A stretch of 64,000 nt of DNA from assembly GCA_043228905.1 (NCBI GenBank), contig JBHGNT010000021.1, positions 6,634,001-6,698,000 of the forward strand, read 5' to 3'. This document shows positions 47,168-59,499 of the stretch, one piece after another. Under the pieces are notes generated by a model that was given only the letters and a program-made list of their open reading frames with translations, made no database searches and was not told where the DNA came from. Source of the DNA: Azolla caroliniana (taxonomy: Eukaryota; Plantae; Polypodiophyta). Positions within the stretch are counted from its first letter, which is position 1. Each line of letters begins with the position of its first letter. A program made the translations under genes and the position numbers.

Positions 47168-50100
47168 TGTAGAGAAATCGACGCTCCGATTAACCTTCAC
47201 CACTCAGCCACAACCGAGTAAGCACGAATCGATGCAGCAGAAAATAGGAACCACAGAGAAAGAACACGAATACACAAGGATTAACGTGGAAAACCCTAGA
47301 CGGGAAAAACCACGGGAGTACAAGACTCCAAACCAAACACTATGCACAGAGAAATATACAATGGCGAGCTGCAAGGCGACGACCTTGAGCTCGTTGTCCT
47401 CGCCACAGGCGGCGGAAATACACAGAGGCGTCGACCTCCTCCTCTCTCATGCTCTATCTCTCTCACGACTGCTCTCTCTTCACTCCTCTTGAGTGGAAAA
47501 ACAGAAAAATGAGTAGCAACTACCAAACTGTTTGCCCTAAGTCATATTTATACACATATGACTTTGGGGCTATTTACAACTATAGCCTCAAGGGCCCTTG
47601 GCAAACATATTCACAGATATGTCCCCGCATCCGGATCTCGCTCCGGGTACATTCGTCATCCGGCTCCGAAGCCGGGGTCTTCATCATCCGGTTCCGAAAC
47701 CGAAACCGGGCTTGTCGGCATTCATCTCCGATATCCGACCATCCCATCTGAAAGGGACCGTAATCCCAACAAACTCCCCCTTCACTTCGGCATGGGATGT
47801 CTCTCCAATCCGATCCTCTTCCGGCATGCTTCCAGCTTGTCGGGTGTGAGCACCTTGGTCAGCATATCTGACCCGTTCTCGTCCGTGTGGACCTTCGTAA
47901 GCACGAACTCCTTGTCTTCTATCCTTTCCCGGATCCAGTGATATCTTCGCTGGATGTGCTTCGTCCGGGAGTGATAGGCCGCGTTCTTCGCAAGGTGGAT
48001 TGCACTCTGACTGTCGCAGTAGAGTCGGTACTCCTCCTGTCGGATACCGAGCTCTCTAATGAAGTCCTTCATCCATATTATTTCCTTGCCGGCTTCAACA
48101 GCCGCCATGTACTCCGCCTCCGTGGTTGACAACGCAACCGTCTTCTGCAGCCTCGACTGCCATGAAACAGCTCCCCCTGCATACGTCATCACATACCCTG
48201 ATGTGGACCGGCTGGTATCTGCATCAGCCGACATATCCGAATCGGTGAAACCGTCGAGTTCGAGCTTACCGGAGCCGAATCGGAGGCACACGTTTGCCGT
48301 GCCCTTCAGGTATCGGAGTATCCACTTGGCCGCGTTCCAATGCTCTTTGCCGGGATTGCTCATGTACCGGCTCACCACTCCGACTGCATATCCTATGTCC
48401 GGTCTCGTACACACCATGGCGTACATCAAGCTCCCGACGGCAGAGGCATACGGCACTTTCATCATATCCTCCTTTTCAGCCTTTGTCTTGGGACTTTGCT
48501 TGTTGGACAGCTTGCAGTTTGCCGGGAGGGTCGATCCGACCGGTCTTGCTTCCGACATGTTGAACCGTTTAAGCACCTTTGTCACGTACTTTTCCTGTGA
48601 CAACCACAACTGCTTCTTGCTCCGGTCCCGGATGATGTGCATCCCTAGTATTTGTCTCGCCGGACCCAGGTCCTTCATTGAGAAGGTTCGGTGAAGAGCC
48701 TTCTTCAGCATCCGTATCTTGACCTGGTCTCGTCCGACGATCAACATGTCGTCCACGTACAGGAGGAGTATTAGAAGGTCTCCTCCTTCGAACTTCTTCA
48801 CAAACACGCAGTGGTCGGACTGCGTTTTGAGGTACCCTTCGTCGGTCATGAAGGAGTCGAACTTCCGGTACCATTGCCGGGGAGCATGCTTCAGTCCGTA
48901 AAGGCTCTTCTTCAACCGGCATACCAGGTGCTCCTTCCCTTTCTTCTCGAATCCTTCCGGTTGCTGCATGTAGATCTCTTCTTCGAGGTCACCGTGAAGG
49001 AATGTCGTCTTCACGTCCATCTGTTCTACCTCGAGGTCCATGCTTGCCGCTATGCTCAGCACCGTCCGGATGGAGGTCATTTTCACTACCGGGGCAAATA
49101 TCTCGTCGAAGTCGACGCCCTTCTTTTGCTGAAACCCCTTCACCACGATCCTGGCTTTGTATCTCGGGGGGTTTCCGGCATCTCCCGGTTTCAGCTTGAA
49201 CACCCACTTGTTTCGAAGTGCCCGCTTTCCTTTCGGCAACTCCACAAGTTCATATGTGTGGTTCTCATGCAGGGAATCCATCTCGTCCTGCATGGCACTC
49301 AACCACCTGCGGCTCTGGGTGTCATGCTTTGCTTCTTCAAAGCTCTCCGGCTCCCCCTCGTCGGTTAGCAACAGGTGCTCTGGTTCCGGAAATCTCCGGG
49401 GGGCCCTTCTCTCTCTTAGAGGATATCTCCGTTCCGGAGCTTCGGTGACCGGTTCTTCCGATTCTTCTTCATCCGAATCCATTTCGGGATCGGGGCCGGT
49501 TCCGATATCATTTTCATCTTCTTCGGCCGGTTCTGTTTCTTCACCGTCTTCGGCCGGATCCTCGAGTGCTAACCGGTCCCTTGCCGGTCGGGACTGCTCC
49601 TCGTAGAGTTGATCCTCACCGGTCGACTTGGAGCTCTTCATCTTCTTCTCCGACTCCCAGTCGGCGAGTGTCTTGTTCTCCATGAAGATGATATCACGAC
49701 TCCGGAATATCTTCTTGTCGACCGGGTCCCATACTCGGTAGCTGAACTCGTCATCGCCGTAACCGAGGAATATGCATGGCCGGGTCTTTGGATCTAGCTT
49801 TCCTCTCCGGTCCTTTGCCACATGCACGTATGCGAGACACCCGAACACCTTCAGATGCCGGTAGGATACTTCCCTACCGGTCCACACTCTCTGCGGCGTG
49901 TCTCCGTCCAAAGGTACTGAGGGTGATCGGTTTATCACACATGTCGCCGTCGACATTGCCTCAGCCCAAAACCCCTTGGGTAATTTCGCATGCGCCAGCA
50001 TACTCCGGACCCTCTCCATTATGGTCCGGTTCATCCTCTCGGCCAGCCCGTTCAGTTCCGGCGTCTTCGGCACAGTAAACTCGAGCCGGATTCCCTTCGA

Positions 50101-52488
50101 GCGACAGTACTCCTGGAACTGTCCCCGGTATTCCCCTCCGTTATCCGCTCGTATCGCTTTCAGCTTCTTGCCGGATTCTCTTTCCACTCTCGCGTGGAGT
50201 TCTTTGAAGACGGACAACACTTGGTCCTTTGTCTTCATCGGTGCCGTCCACAGTCTTCGGCTATGATCATCTATGAATGTTACGAAGTACTGGGCTCCGC
50301 CATGTGACTTCGTTTCTACCTGACACACATCGGTGTGCACCAACTCCAATGGTGCGCTACGTCTCGTCGGTGGCCTTGAGTGGAAGGAGGTTCGGTTCTG
50401 CTTACCGGCCAGGCAATCGGTGCACTTCTCCAGGTGCACATGCTTCACTGGAATAAGGTTGTCTTCTGCAAGCCTCTTCATCCCCTTCTCACTCATGTGG
50501 CACAGTCTTTTGTGCCACAGCTCACCGGCAGTGTCGGCTGCCACATTCAGCTCTTCCGGACATAACCGGGCATTCATCAGGTACAGTGTGTTGATCTTCC
50601 GGGCCCGAGCCACTATCAGGCTCCCTTTGCTGAACTTCATTACGCCGTTCCGGATGCTACCTGTGTAGCCTTCATCGTCTAGCCTCCCGGCCGAAATCAG
50701 GTTCAATCGAACCTCCGGAACGTGTCGGACATCCTTCAGCAGCATTTTGCATCCGGTCGGGGTTGTCAACCACACGTCTCCTATGCCGGCGATCCGGCAC
50801 GTACCTTCATTTCCCATCCGAACACAGCCATGCTCACCGGCTGTGTAGGATGAGAAGTATCTTCTTTCCGGGGTCAGGTGGAACGACGCTCCGGAATCGA
50901 CCACCCAGGTCGTCTCATCGCCGGCAATGTTTAGCTCACCTTCTTCGGTGATGAGCATGATTTCTTCCTCACTTGCCGCGAGTGCCGTCGTTCCTTTCCT
51001 GTCTTGCCCTCGCCGATCCGAACCATTCCGGTCCGTGGCTCCCCGGTAAGCCCCGTTTCGTTCCGAAGACTTCTTCGAATCGGTGTCGTCGGCTCCGTTG
51101 TCTTTTCGGTAATGCCGACAATTCTTTCGGAAGTGCCCCGGCTTCCCACAGTGGAAGCATGTGGGTCTTCCTCTTGACTACGACCGGGTCCCCGACTTCT
51201 CCCGTCTTTGCGGACTCCGGTTCCGTTGTCTTCCCCGATCCGATTCGGTAAACAACATCTTCGGATCGGAGGCCGGTTCTTTATCTCTCCGACGCGCTTC
51301 TTCGTTCAAAATACTTGTCTTTACCGTTTGTAGGGACAAGTTATCTTCGGTGCAGGAGGTGCTGAGAGTCACCACCAAGTTCTCCCAGCTTTCCGGCAAT
51401 GTACACATCAGGATGATGGCTTGCATTGCATCCTCCAACGGGAACTTGATCGCCGCAAGCTGGTTCACGAATCCCATGAACGTGCTTACGTGTTCCACCA
51501 TACTCTCGCCGTCCCGGTACTTGAGGTTCACTATCTTCCTCATCAGGGAGGTCCGGTTCAACGTATTCTTCCTCTCGTAGAGGCCCGACAGCTTCCGCCA
51601 CATCTCATATGCGTTGGTGTCGTTCGCCACATGTTGTAGAACGCTCACGTCTACGTATTGCCGAATGGTTGCTACGGCTTTCCGGTTCAGAAGCCTCCAT
51701 TCCGACTCAAGTACCCCCTTCGGTATTTCCGACCTGTCGATCGGTTCGTACAGGTCCCGAACAATCAGAAGATCCTCCATCTTGATCTTCCAGTCGGCGT
51801 AATTCTGCGCATTCAGCACCATCATCCCCGGCTGCCCGCTGCCGCCGCCTTCCATTTTCTGCAGCAATCGCTCTGATACCAGTTTGTAGAGAAATCGACG
51901 CTCCGATTAACCTTCACCACTCGGCCACAACCGAGTAAGCACGAATCGATGCAGCAGAAAATAGGAACCACAGAGAAAGAACACGAATACACAGGGATTA
52001 ACGTGGAAAACCCTAGACGGGAAAAACCACGGGAGTACAAGACTCCAAACCAAACACTATGCACAGAGAAATATACAATGGCGAGCTGCAAGGCGACGAC
52101 CTTGAGCTCGTTGTCCTCGCCACAGGCGGCGGAAATACACAGAGGCGTCGACCTCCTCCTCTCTCACGCTCTATCTCTCTCACGACTGCTCTCTCTTCAC
52201 TCCTCTTGAGTGGAAAAACAGAAAAATGAGTAGCAACTACCAAACTGTTTGCCCTAAGTCATATTTATACACATATGACTTTGGGGCTATTTACAACTAT
52301 AGCCTCAAGGGCCCTTGGCAAACATATTCACAGATATGTCCCCGCATCCGGATCTCGCTCCGGGTACATTCGTCATCCGGCTCCGAAGCCGGGGTCTTCA
52401 TCATCCGGTTCCGAAACCGAAACCGGGCTTGTCGGCATTCATCTCCGATATCCGACCATCCCATCCGAAAGGGACCATAATCCCAACA
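47168..52488 (-). mobile_element. C5: full-length young Ty1/copia inserted in the N1 ORF
   Basis: 604-bp LTRs 47168-47771 and 51885-52488 (about 5 mismatches), TSD ATTAA, PBS-Met 51870-51881, PPT at 47774-47783. Confidence 0.97.
47782..51855 (-). pseudogene. gag-pol: C5 gag-pol, intact except one in-frame TAG at 51178-51180
   Basis: The frame continues after the stop (SRGRPTCFHCGKPGHFRKNC...) into the 1058-aa PR-IN-RT-RH ORF. C1 has AAG at this codon. Confidence 0.93.
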
Positions 52489-53248
52489 ATTAATGCCTCT
52501 CTCATCAAGGCTTCTATGTTGAGTTCTTTTGAAGCTTCCCTCTTCGAGCTTTCTTCCTTCAGTGGGTTTTGATTGCCACATCCCATTCTCCTTTGAACAT
52601 CCCTTGTGGGTCGTGTTGTTGTCGATGAGAGTCTCATCTCCCTCTTATCGTGTTGTCGGCATACCCTTTCCACTTTGGCCCAATCCTCAGTGAGGCCATT
52701 TTCACCATTGTCATCCTCGAGTTGGATTCCAATGGCCTTCCTTTCATTCCGATCGATTGACTTTACAAACATCAGAACTTTATTCACCCCCACCAATCTT
52801 CGATCCCGGTCCAAGAGTTGAGCGAAGCGATACTCAAACTCAACGAATGCATGCATAGCACTCTGGTGGGTCTTTCTCGATGACACCCATTCGTGAAACT
52901 CATACAGACCTTGTCCCTTTTGCTCTTCGTAACCATATGATTCTCGTAAAGCTTCTTTGAAGGACACCCATGAATCGTGAGTTTTTTGAATCTCTTTAAT
53001 CTCTTCGAAGATCGGTTCGGCCACCACTCGACAAAAGTACTCCAGCCTCATTGCTTCCTCCACTCCTCTTGAATCCATTTCGTCATTGTAGGCCTTTAGA
53101 AATTTTTGGACTTTGCCTCCATTGAAAAACCCAACTTGATCATGCTTTCGACGGCTAGTTGGGCCGCATGTCGTGTTTTCCCTTCTCTTGAAAACCCCAT
53201 CATCATCTTTGACATTGCCTTCATTAGATATTCCTCGTCCAGCTTCAT
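52489..53248 (-). CDS. gag: N1 ORF, N-terminal part: capsid-like Gag homologous to G3 Gag (one frameshift near 53135)
   Basis: FEYRFAQL..VLMFVKSID..GLTEDWAKVERVCRQHDKR versus G3 FEDRFARL..VLLFVKSVD..GLTTDWATVKRVCGRFDKR. Confidence 0.8.
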
Positions 53249-53263
53249 CCTCCCCTACCGCTC

Positions 53264-53281
53264 TTCACGTCGGGTTCACCA
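53264..53281 (-). promoter_or_regulatory. N1 primer-binding site, tRNA-Trp
   Basis: TGGTGAACCCGACGTGAA, complementary to the plant tRNA-Trp 3' end as I recall it (..UUCACGUCGGGUUCACCA), 4 nt from the LTR. Confidence 0.85.
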
Positions 53282-53285
53282 AAAA

Positions 53286-53535
53286 TGTCGCGAAGATGCG
53301 CGTGCGAGCGTGCTTCGCTTGAGCGGAACCACCGGGGTCTTGGACCAAGGAGGATGTCCGTCGAGGTATTGAGAAGAGGATGATGTGAATGTAAGATTGG
53401 AGGAAGAACTATTACACTTGAGAAGATTGACGATTGTACACTTTCAGAAGTAGATAAATAATTACAAGATAGATGCGAAGAAGAAGAAATAGAAGCTTAT
53501 ATTATTGATGGTGATGATGATGGTCATATCATATT
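53286..53535 (-). repeat. N1 5' LTR, part 1 (split by C6)
   Basis: Matches 44964-45213. Confidence 0.92.
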
Positions 53536-53609
53536 TGTTGGGAGACAGGTCCCTCCGGATGGGAAGGGAGAAGAACAGTGCCGATGAACAAACTCGGCCG
53601 AGGCCGAAA

Positions 53610-53838
53610 CGGTATGAACGGGATCGGGAGTACCCGACTGCGGAGAGCCGGATGGTGTAGGCCCGGTATGAACGGGATCGGGAGTACCCGACTGCGGAGA
53701 GCCGGATGGTGTAGGCCCGGTATGAACGGGATCAGGAGTACCCGACTGCGGAGAGCTGGATGGTGTAGGCCCGGTATGAACCGGATCGGGAGTATCCGAC
53801 TGCGGAGAGCCGGATGGTGTAGGCCCGGTATGAACCGG
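53610..53838 (+). repeat. Four tandem copies of the 54-bp U3 repeat in the C6 5' LTR
   Basis: CGGTATGAAC.GGATCGGGAGTACCCGACTGCGGAGAGCCGGATGGTGTAGGCC x4; one copy in the 3' LTR. Confidence 0.93.
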
Positions 53839-54315
53839 AGGAAGGGACATATTCGTAAATATGTTTCTGAGAGCCCATCGAGGCTACATTTGTAAATAGC
53901 CGAAAAGTCATATCAGTATAAATATGACTTAGGGCAAACTTTTTTAGTGTTGTCGTGTTTTTGTTGTCATTCTTCCTTGTTGGTGCAAGAGAGAGAGAGA
54001 GAGACGAGGTCGTTGCCTCTGTTGTAACCGCCGCCTGTGGCGAAGATCCGAGAGCACGAGGTCGTTGCCTCAGTGAACTCACTGTTGTATATTCCTACAT
54101 AGTGACAGTTTGCAGCCTGTGGGCTGCCGTGGTTTTTTTCTCCTATTTTGGGGTTTTCCACGTAAACCTCCTGTGTACCATTTCTCCCCTTTGTGTCGCG
54201 TTTCATTACCTGTTTTTTTTCTGTGTATGAAAAGAATCTCGGTTGTGGCCGAGCGTCGGACATAAGGAACGTCGTGTTCTCAACAATTGGTATCAGAGCG
54301 AAATCGACACAGAAA

Positions 54316-57300
54316 ATGGACGAATCGTTTGGCGGCATGTTCAAGCTCACCGGCTCCAACTATTCAGTGTGGAAGTCGAAGATGAGGGACATGCTCGTGG
54401 TTAAAGACCTCTGGCTGCCGGTTCAGTTCGGGGACAAGAGACCGGACAAAATCGACGCCGCGATATGGGAGGTGATGCACATGAAGACAACGGCGTACAT
54501 ACGGTGCTTCATCGACATGAGCCTGTACAACAACTTCAATGAAGAGAGCAAGGCTCATGAGCTCTGGGAGAAGATCGGCATAATGTTCCAGAACAAAAAT
54601 GTTGTCAATCAAGTGTCGGTATTCCGGAAGCTAGTAAGACTCCGGTACCAAGATGGCTCCAGCATGGCGGAGCATATGAATGCCTTCCAGGGGCTGATCC
54701 ACCAGGCAACGTCATTGGAAGTACCTCTTGCCGATGAGGTCCTAGCGCTACTCCTGCTCGGTTCCCTCCCGAATAGCTGGGAGACGTTGGTTGTCACTTT
54801 AGGCAACGCCGGGCCGGAAGCAAAACGGTTATCCCTAGCAAGAGTAAAGTCGAGCTTGTTAGATGAGGAGGCTCGTCGGAAAGACAAAGATACGAGCTCC
54901 GACTCCAAAGCGCTCCTTACCGAATCGGAACGCGGAAGACATAGAGACCGTAGTCCCCAGAACCGGGAGAAGTCGGGGACACGGTCAAAGTCAACGGGGA
55001 GGCCTACTTGCTTCTATTGCGGCAAGCCGGGACACTTCCAAAAGAACTGTCGGCATTTCTATAAAGACAAGGAAACCAACAGTACCGATTCGAAGCAAAC
55101 CCCGAACCGGAACGGTACAGACCGGAACGGTAAAGACCGGAGGGGGCCGGACCGGAAGGGAACGACGGCAATCGCGGCAAGTGAAGAAGAGTTGATGCTC
55201 ATCACCGAGGAGAGTGAGATAAACCTTGCCGGCGACGAGATGACCTGGGTGGTAGACTCCGGAGCGTCGTTCCACCTTACCCCGGACCGGAAATGCTTCT
55301 CATCCTACTCAGCCGGTGATCACGGCTATGTCCGGATGGGGAATGAAGGAACATGCCGAATTGTCGGAATAGGAGACGTGTGGCTGACAACACCAACCGG
55401 ATACAAGTTGTTGTTGAAGGATGTCCGACACGTTCCGGAAGTTCGTCTGAACCTGATATCAGCCGGTCGGCTGGATGATGAAGGCTACACGGGTTGCATC
55501 CGGAACGGTGTCATGAAGTTCAGCAAAGGGAGCCTGATTGTGGCTCGGGCCCGGAAGGTAAACACACTGTACCTGATGAATGCTCGGTTATGTCCGGAAG
55601 AAGTGAACGTGGCTTCCGACACTTCCGGTGAGCTGTGGCACAAGAGGCTATGTCACATGAGTGAGAAGGGGATGAAGAGGCTTGCAGACGACAACCTCAT
55701 TCCAGTGAAGAACGTGCATTTAGAGAAGTGCACTGATTGTCTGGCCGGTAAGCAGAACCGTACCTCCTTCCGACCAAGGCCACCGATGAGACGTAATGCA
55801 CCACTGGAGTTGGTGCATACGGACGTTTGTCAAGTAGACACGAAGTCACATGCCGGAGCACAGTACTTCGTGACGTTCATAGATGACCACAGCCAGAAGC
55901 TGTGGGCCACACCGCTGAAGACGAAGGATCAGGTGTTATCCGTCGTCAAAGAGCTCCACGCGAGAGTGGAAAGAGAAACCGGCCGGAAGCTGAAGGCGGT
56001 TCGAGCAGATAGCGGAGGTGAGTATCGGGGGCAGTTTGAGGAGTACTGGCACTCGAAGGGAATCCGGCTCGAATTTACCGTGCCGAAGACGCCGGAACTA
56101 AAAGGACTGGCCGAGAGGATGAACCGGACCATAATGGAGAGGGTCCGGAGTATGCTAGCGCATGCAAAACTACCCAAGAAGTTTTGGGCTGAGGCACTGT
56201 CGACGGCGACATATGTGATAAACAGATCACCCTCAGTACCCTTGGACGGAGACACGCCACAGAGAGTATGGACCGGTAAGGAAGTGTCCTACCGGCATCT
56301 GAGGGTGTTCGGGTGTCTCGCGTACGTGCATGTAGCAAAGGACCGGAGAGGAAAGTTAGATCCAAAGACCCGGCCATGCATATTCCTCGGTTACGGTGAC
56401 GATGAGTTCGGCTACCGAGTGTGGGACCCGGTCGACAAGAAGGTATTCCGGAGTCGAGATATTATCTTCATGGAGGCCAAGACGCTCGCCGACTGGGAGT
56501 TGGAGAAGAAGATAATGAACTCCGAGTCGACTGGTAAGGATAGACTCTACAATGAGCAGACCCAACCGGCAAGAGACCGGTTAGCACTCGAGGAACCAGC
56601 CGGTTACGGTGAGGATACTGAACCGGCAGAAGAAGAAGTAGAGGAAGCTGAGACCGGAACCGGTCAAGACCCCGAATCGGATTCAGATGAAGAGCAAATG
56701 GAGGAACCGGTTACCGAAGCCCGAAGACGTAGATATCCTCTCAGAGAGAAGGGCGCCCCAGAGATTTCCGGATGCAGAGCATGTCCTGCTGACCGATGAG
56801 GGGGAGCCGGAAAGCTTCGAAGAAGCGAAGGAAGACACCCACATCCGAAAATGGTTGAGTGCCATGCAGGATGAGATGGATTCTCTGCATGAGAACCATA
56901 CGTACAAATTGGTGGAGCTGCCGAAAGGAAAGCGGGCACTGCGAAACAAGTGGGTGTTCAAGTTGAAACCGGGAGATGCCGGCAACCCCCCTAGATACAA
57001 AGCCAGGATCGTGGTGAAGGGGTTCCAGCAGAAGATGGGCGTGGACTTCGACGAAATATTCGCCCCGGTAGTAAAGATGACCTCCATCCGGACGGTGTTG
57101 AGTATAGCAGAAAGCATGGATCTCGAGGTAGAGCAGCTGGACGTGAAGACGACATTCCTTCACGGCGACCTCGAAGAGGAAATCTACATGCAGCAACCGG
57201 AAGGATTTGTGGAGAAAGGGAAGGAGCACCTGGTATGCCGGTTGAAGAAGAGCCTGTACGGACTGAAGCAGGCTCCCCGGCAATGGTACCGGAAGTTCGA

Positions 57301-58375
57301 CTCCTTCATGACCGATCAAGGGTACCATAAGACGCAGGCCGATCACTGCGTGTTCGTGAAGAAGTTCGAAGGAGGGGACTTCCTGATACTTCTCCTGTAC
57401 GTGGATGACATATTGATCGTCGGACGAGACCAAGGCAAAATACGGATGCTGAAGAAGGCTCTCAATCGGACCTTCTCAATGAAAGATTTGGGTCCGGCAA
57501 GACAGATGTTGGGGATGCACATCATTCGGGACCGGTCAGTGAAGCAATTATGGTTGTCACAGGAGAAGTATGTGACAAAGGTGCTTCACCGGTTCAACAT
57601 GTCAGATGCAAAACCAGTCGGATCGACACTTCCGGCAAACTGCAAGTTGTCCGGCAAGCAAAGCCCGAAGACAAAAGGAGAGAAGGCAGATATGATGAAG
57701 ATTCCATATGCCTCTGCCGTTGGGAGCTTGATGTACGCAATGGTTTGTACCCGACCGGACATTGGATACGTAGTCGGAGTGGTGAGCCGGTTCATGAGTA
57801 ATCCCGGCAAGGAGCATTGGAACGCAGTCAAATGTATACTCCGGTATTTGAAGGGCACTTCAAATATGTGTCTCCGATTCGGCTCCGAGAAACCTCAACT
57901 GGACGGTTTCACCGATTCGGACATGTCGGCTGATGTGGATACCAGCCGGTCTACATCCGGGTATGTGATGACATATGCAGGGGGAGTTGTTTCGTGGCAG
58001 TCAAGGCTGCAGAAGACGGTTGCATTGTCAACCACAGAGGCGGAGTACATGGCGGCTGTAGAAGCCGGCAAGGAAATATTATGGATGAAGGACTTCATCG
58101 GAGAGCTCGGTATCTGGCAAGAGGAATACCGACTCTACTGCGACAGTCAAAGTGCCATCCACCTTGCTAAGAATGCGGCCTACCATTCCCAAACAAAGCA
58201 TATCCAGCGGAGGTATCACTGGATCCGGGAAAGGGTAGATGACCAGGAGTTCGCACTGACGAAGATCCACACGGCCGAGAACGGGTCAGATATGCTGACC
58301 AAAGTGCTGACACCCGACAAGCTGGACGCATGCCGGAAGAAGATCGGCCTGGAAAGACACCCCATGCCGGAGTGA
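54316..58375 (+). pseudogene. gag-pol: C6 gag-pol with a single 2-bp frameshift near 56745
   Basis: Near-identical to the C1 protein; CTCAGAGAGAAGG versus C1 CTCAGGGAGAGAAGG. Confidence 0.93.
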
Positions 58376-58978
58376 AGGGGGAGTTTGTTGGGAGACAGGT
58401 CCCTCCGGATGGGAAGGGAGAAGAACAGTGTCGACGAACAAACTCGGCCGAGGCCGAAACGGTATGAACCGGATCGGGAGTACCCGACTGCGGAGAGCCG
58501 GATGGTGTAGGCCCGGTATGAACCGGAGGAAGGGACATATTCGTAAATATGTTTCTGAGAGCCCATCGAGGCTACATTTGTAAATAGCCGAAAAGTCATA
58601 TCAGTATAAATATGACTTAGGGCAAACTTTTTTAGTGTTGTCGTGTTTTTGTTGTCATTCTTCCTTGTTGGTGCAAGAGAGAGAGAGAGAGACGAGGTCG
58701 TTGCCTCTGTTGTAACCGCCGCCTGTGGCGAAGATCCGAGAGCACGAGGTCGTTGCCTCAGTGAACTCACTATTGTATATTCCTACATAGTGACAGTTTG
58801 CAGCCTGTGGGCTGCCGTGGTTTTTTTCTCCTATTTTGGGGTTTTCCACGTAAACCTCCTGTGTACCATTTCTCCCCTTTGTGTCGCGTTTCATTACCTG
58901 TTTTTTTTCTGTGTATGAAAAGAATCTCGGTTGTGGCCGAGCGTCGAACATAAGGAACGTCGTGTTGTCAACAATATT

Positions 58979-59392
58979 GAGCCCCCCCTTTACACAAGCC
59001 GTACTAGGGGTTTTATAGGTTTGTCCATGCACAAAACCATGGGCTTGGAGCCATGGTTTCTATGCACACAATTTTGCTTTATAACATGCAGGAAACCATG
59101 GGCTTAAAACCGTGGTTTTGTGTACACGATTTTGTTCGTTTGTTTCCTACGGAATACTGAATATGAGAAAGAAATATAGAACATCTAAAGCACTTAGTAG
59201 TAGCTTTAGTGGTAAGGTAATTGCCTCTTATCTTAGAGGTGCAAGGTTCAAATCCTACTTGTAACCCTCTACATGCACTCAATGCCATTGTGACCTAGGT
59301 TTATTTCTTTTCATTTTTACAAGTATTCGTGAAATGTGTGTGGATCCTCAATTTTTGACTTTTTCTCGCACTAGACATGCCACATCACGACA
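58979..59392 (-). repeat. N1 5' LTR, part 2 (contains tRNA-like cassette 59201-59255)
   Basis: Matches 45214-45627; ends TCACGACA then the TSD GCGT. Confidence 0.92.
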
Positions 59393-59477
59393 GCGTGCAC
59401 TCAATATCTGATCCACGGCTGAAGCCATGGCCTCTGCAAGATCTGACCCTTCCATCTTCTGCTCTTCTGCCGCCTCC

Positions 59478-59495
59478 TTCACGTCGGGTTCACCA
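59478..59495 (-). promoter_or_regulatory. G3 primer-binding site, tRNA-Trp
   Basis: Same 18-mer as the N1 PBS, 4 nt from the LTR. Confidence 0.85.
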
Positions 59496-59499
59496 AAGA

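Larger units (their letters stand above)
53536..58973 (+). mobile_element. C6: full-length Ty1/copia (C1 family) inserted in the N1 5' LTR
   Basis: LTRs 53536-54285 (750 bp) and 58386-58973 (588 bp), TSD ATATT, PBS-Met 54288-54299, PPT. Confidence 0.97.
44964..59392 (-). mobile_element. N1: full-length Gag-only non-autonomous LTR retroelement (~3.7 kb net) inserted in G3 gag
   Basis: 664-bp LTRs (44964-45627; 53286-53535 + 58979-59392), 4-bp TSD GCGT (44960-44963 / 59393-59396), PBS-Trp 53264-53281, PPT 45628-45640, no pol. Confidence 0.92.

Noticed and set aside
51178-51180. Programmed readthrough in C5 gag
   Set aside because: It lies before the zinc knuckle and is AAG in C1/C6/C7; a point mutation.
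53610-53838. Regular repeats resembling a CRISPR array (also 5400-5553, 61135-61350)
   Set aside because: Contiguous tandem units with no unique spacers, inside copia U3; no cas genes.
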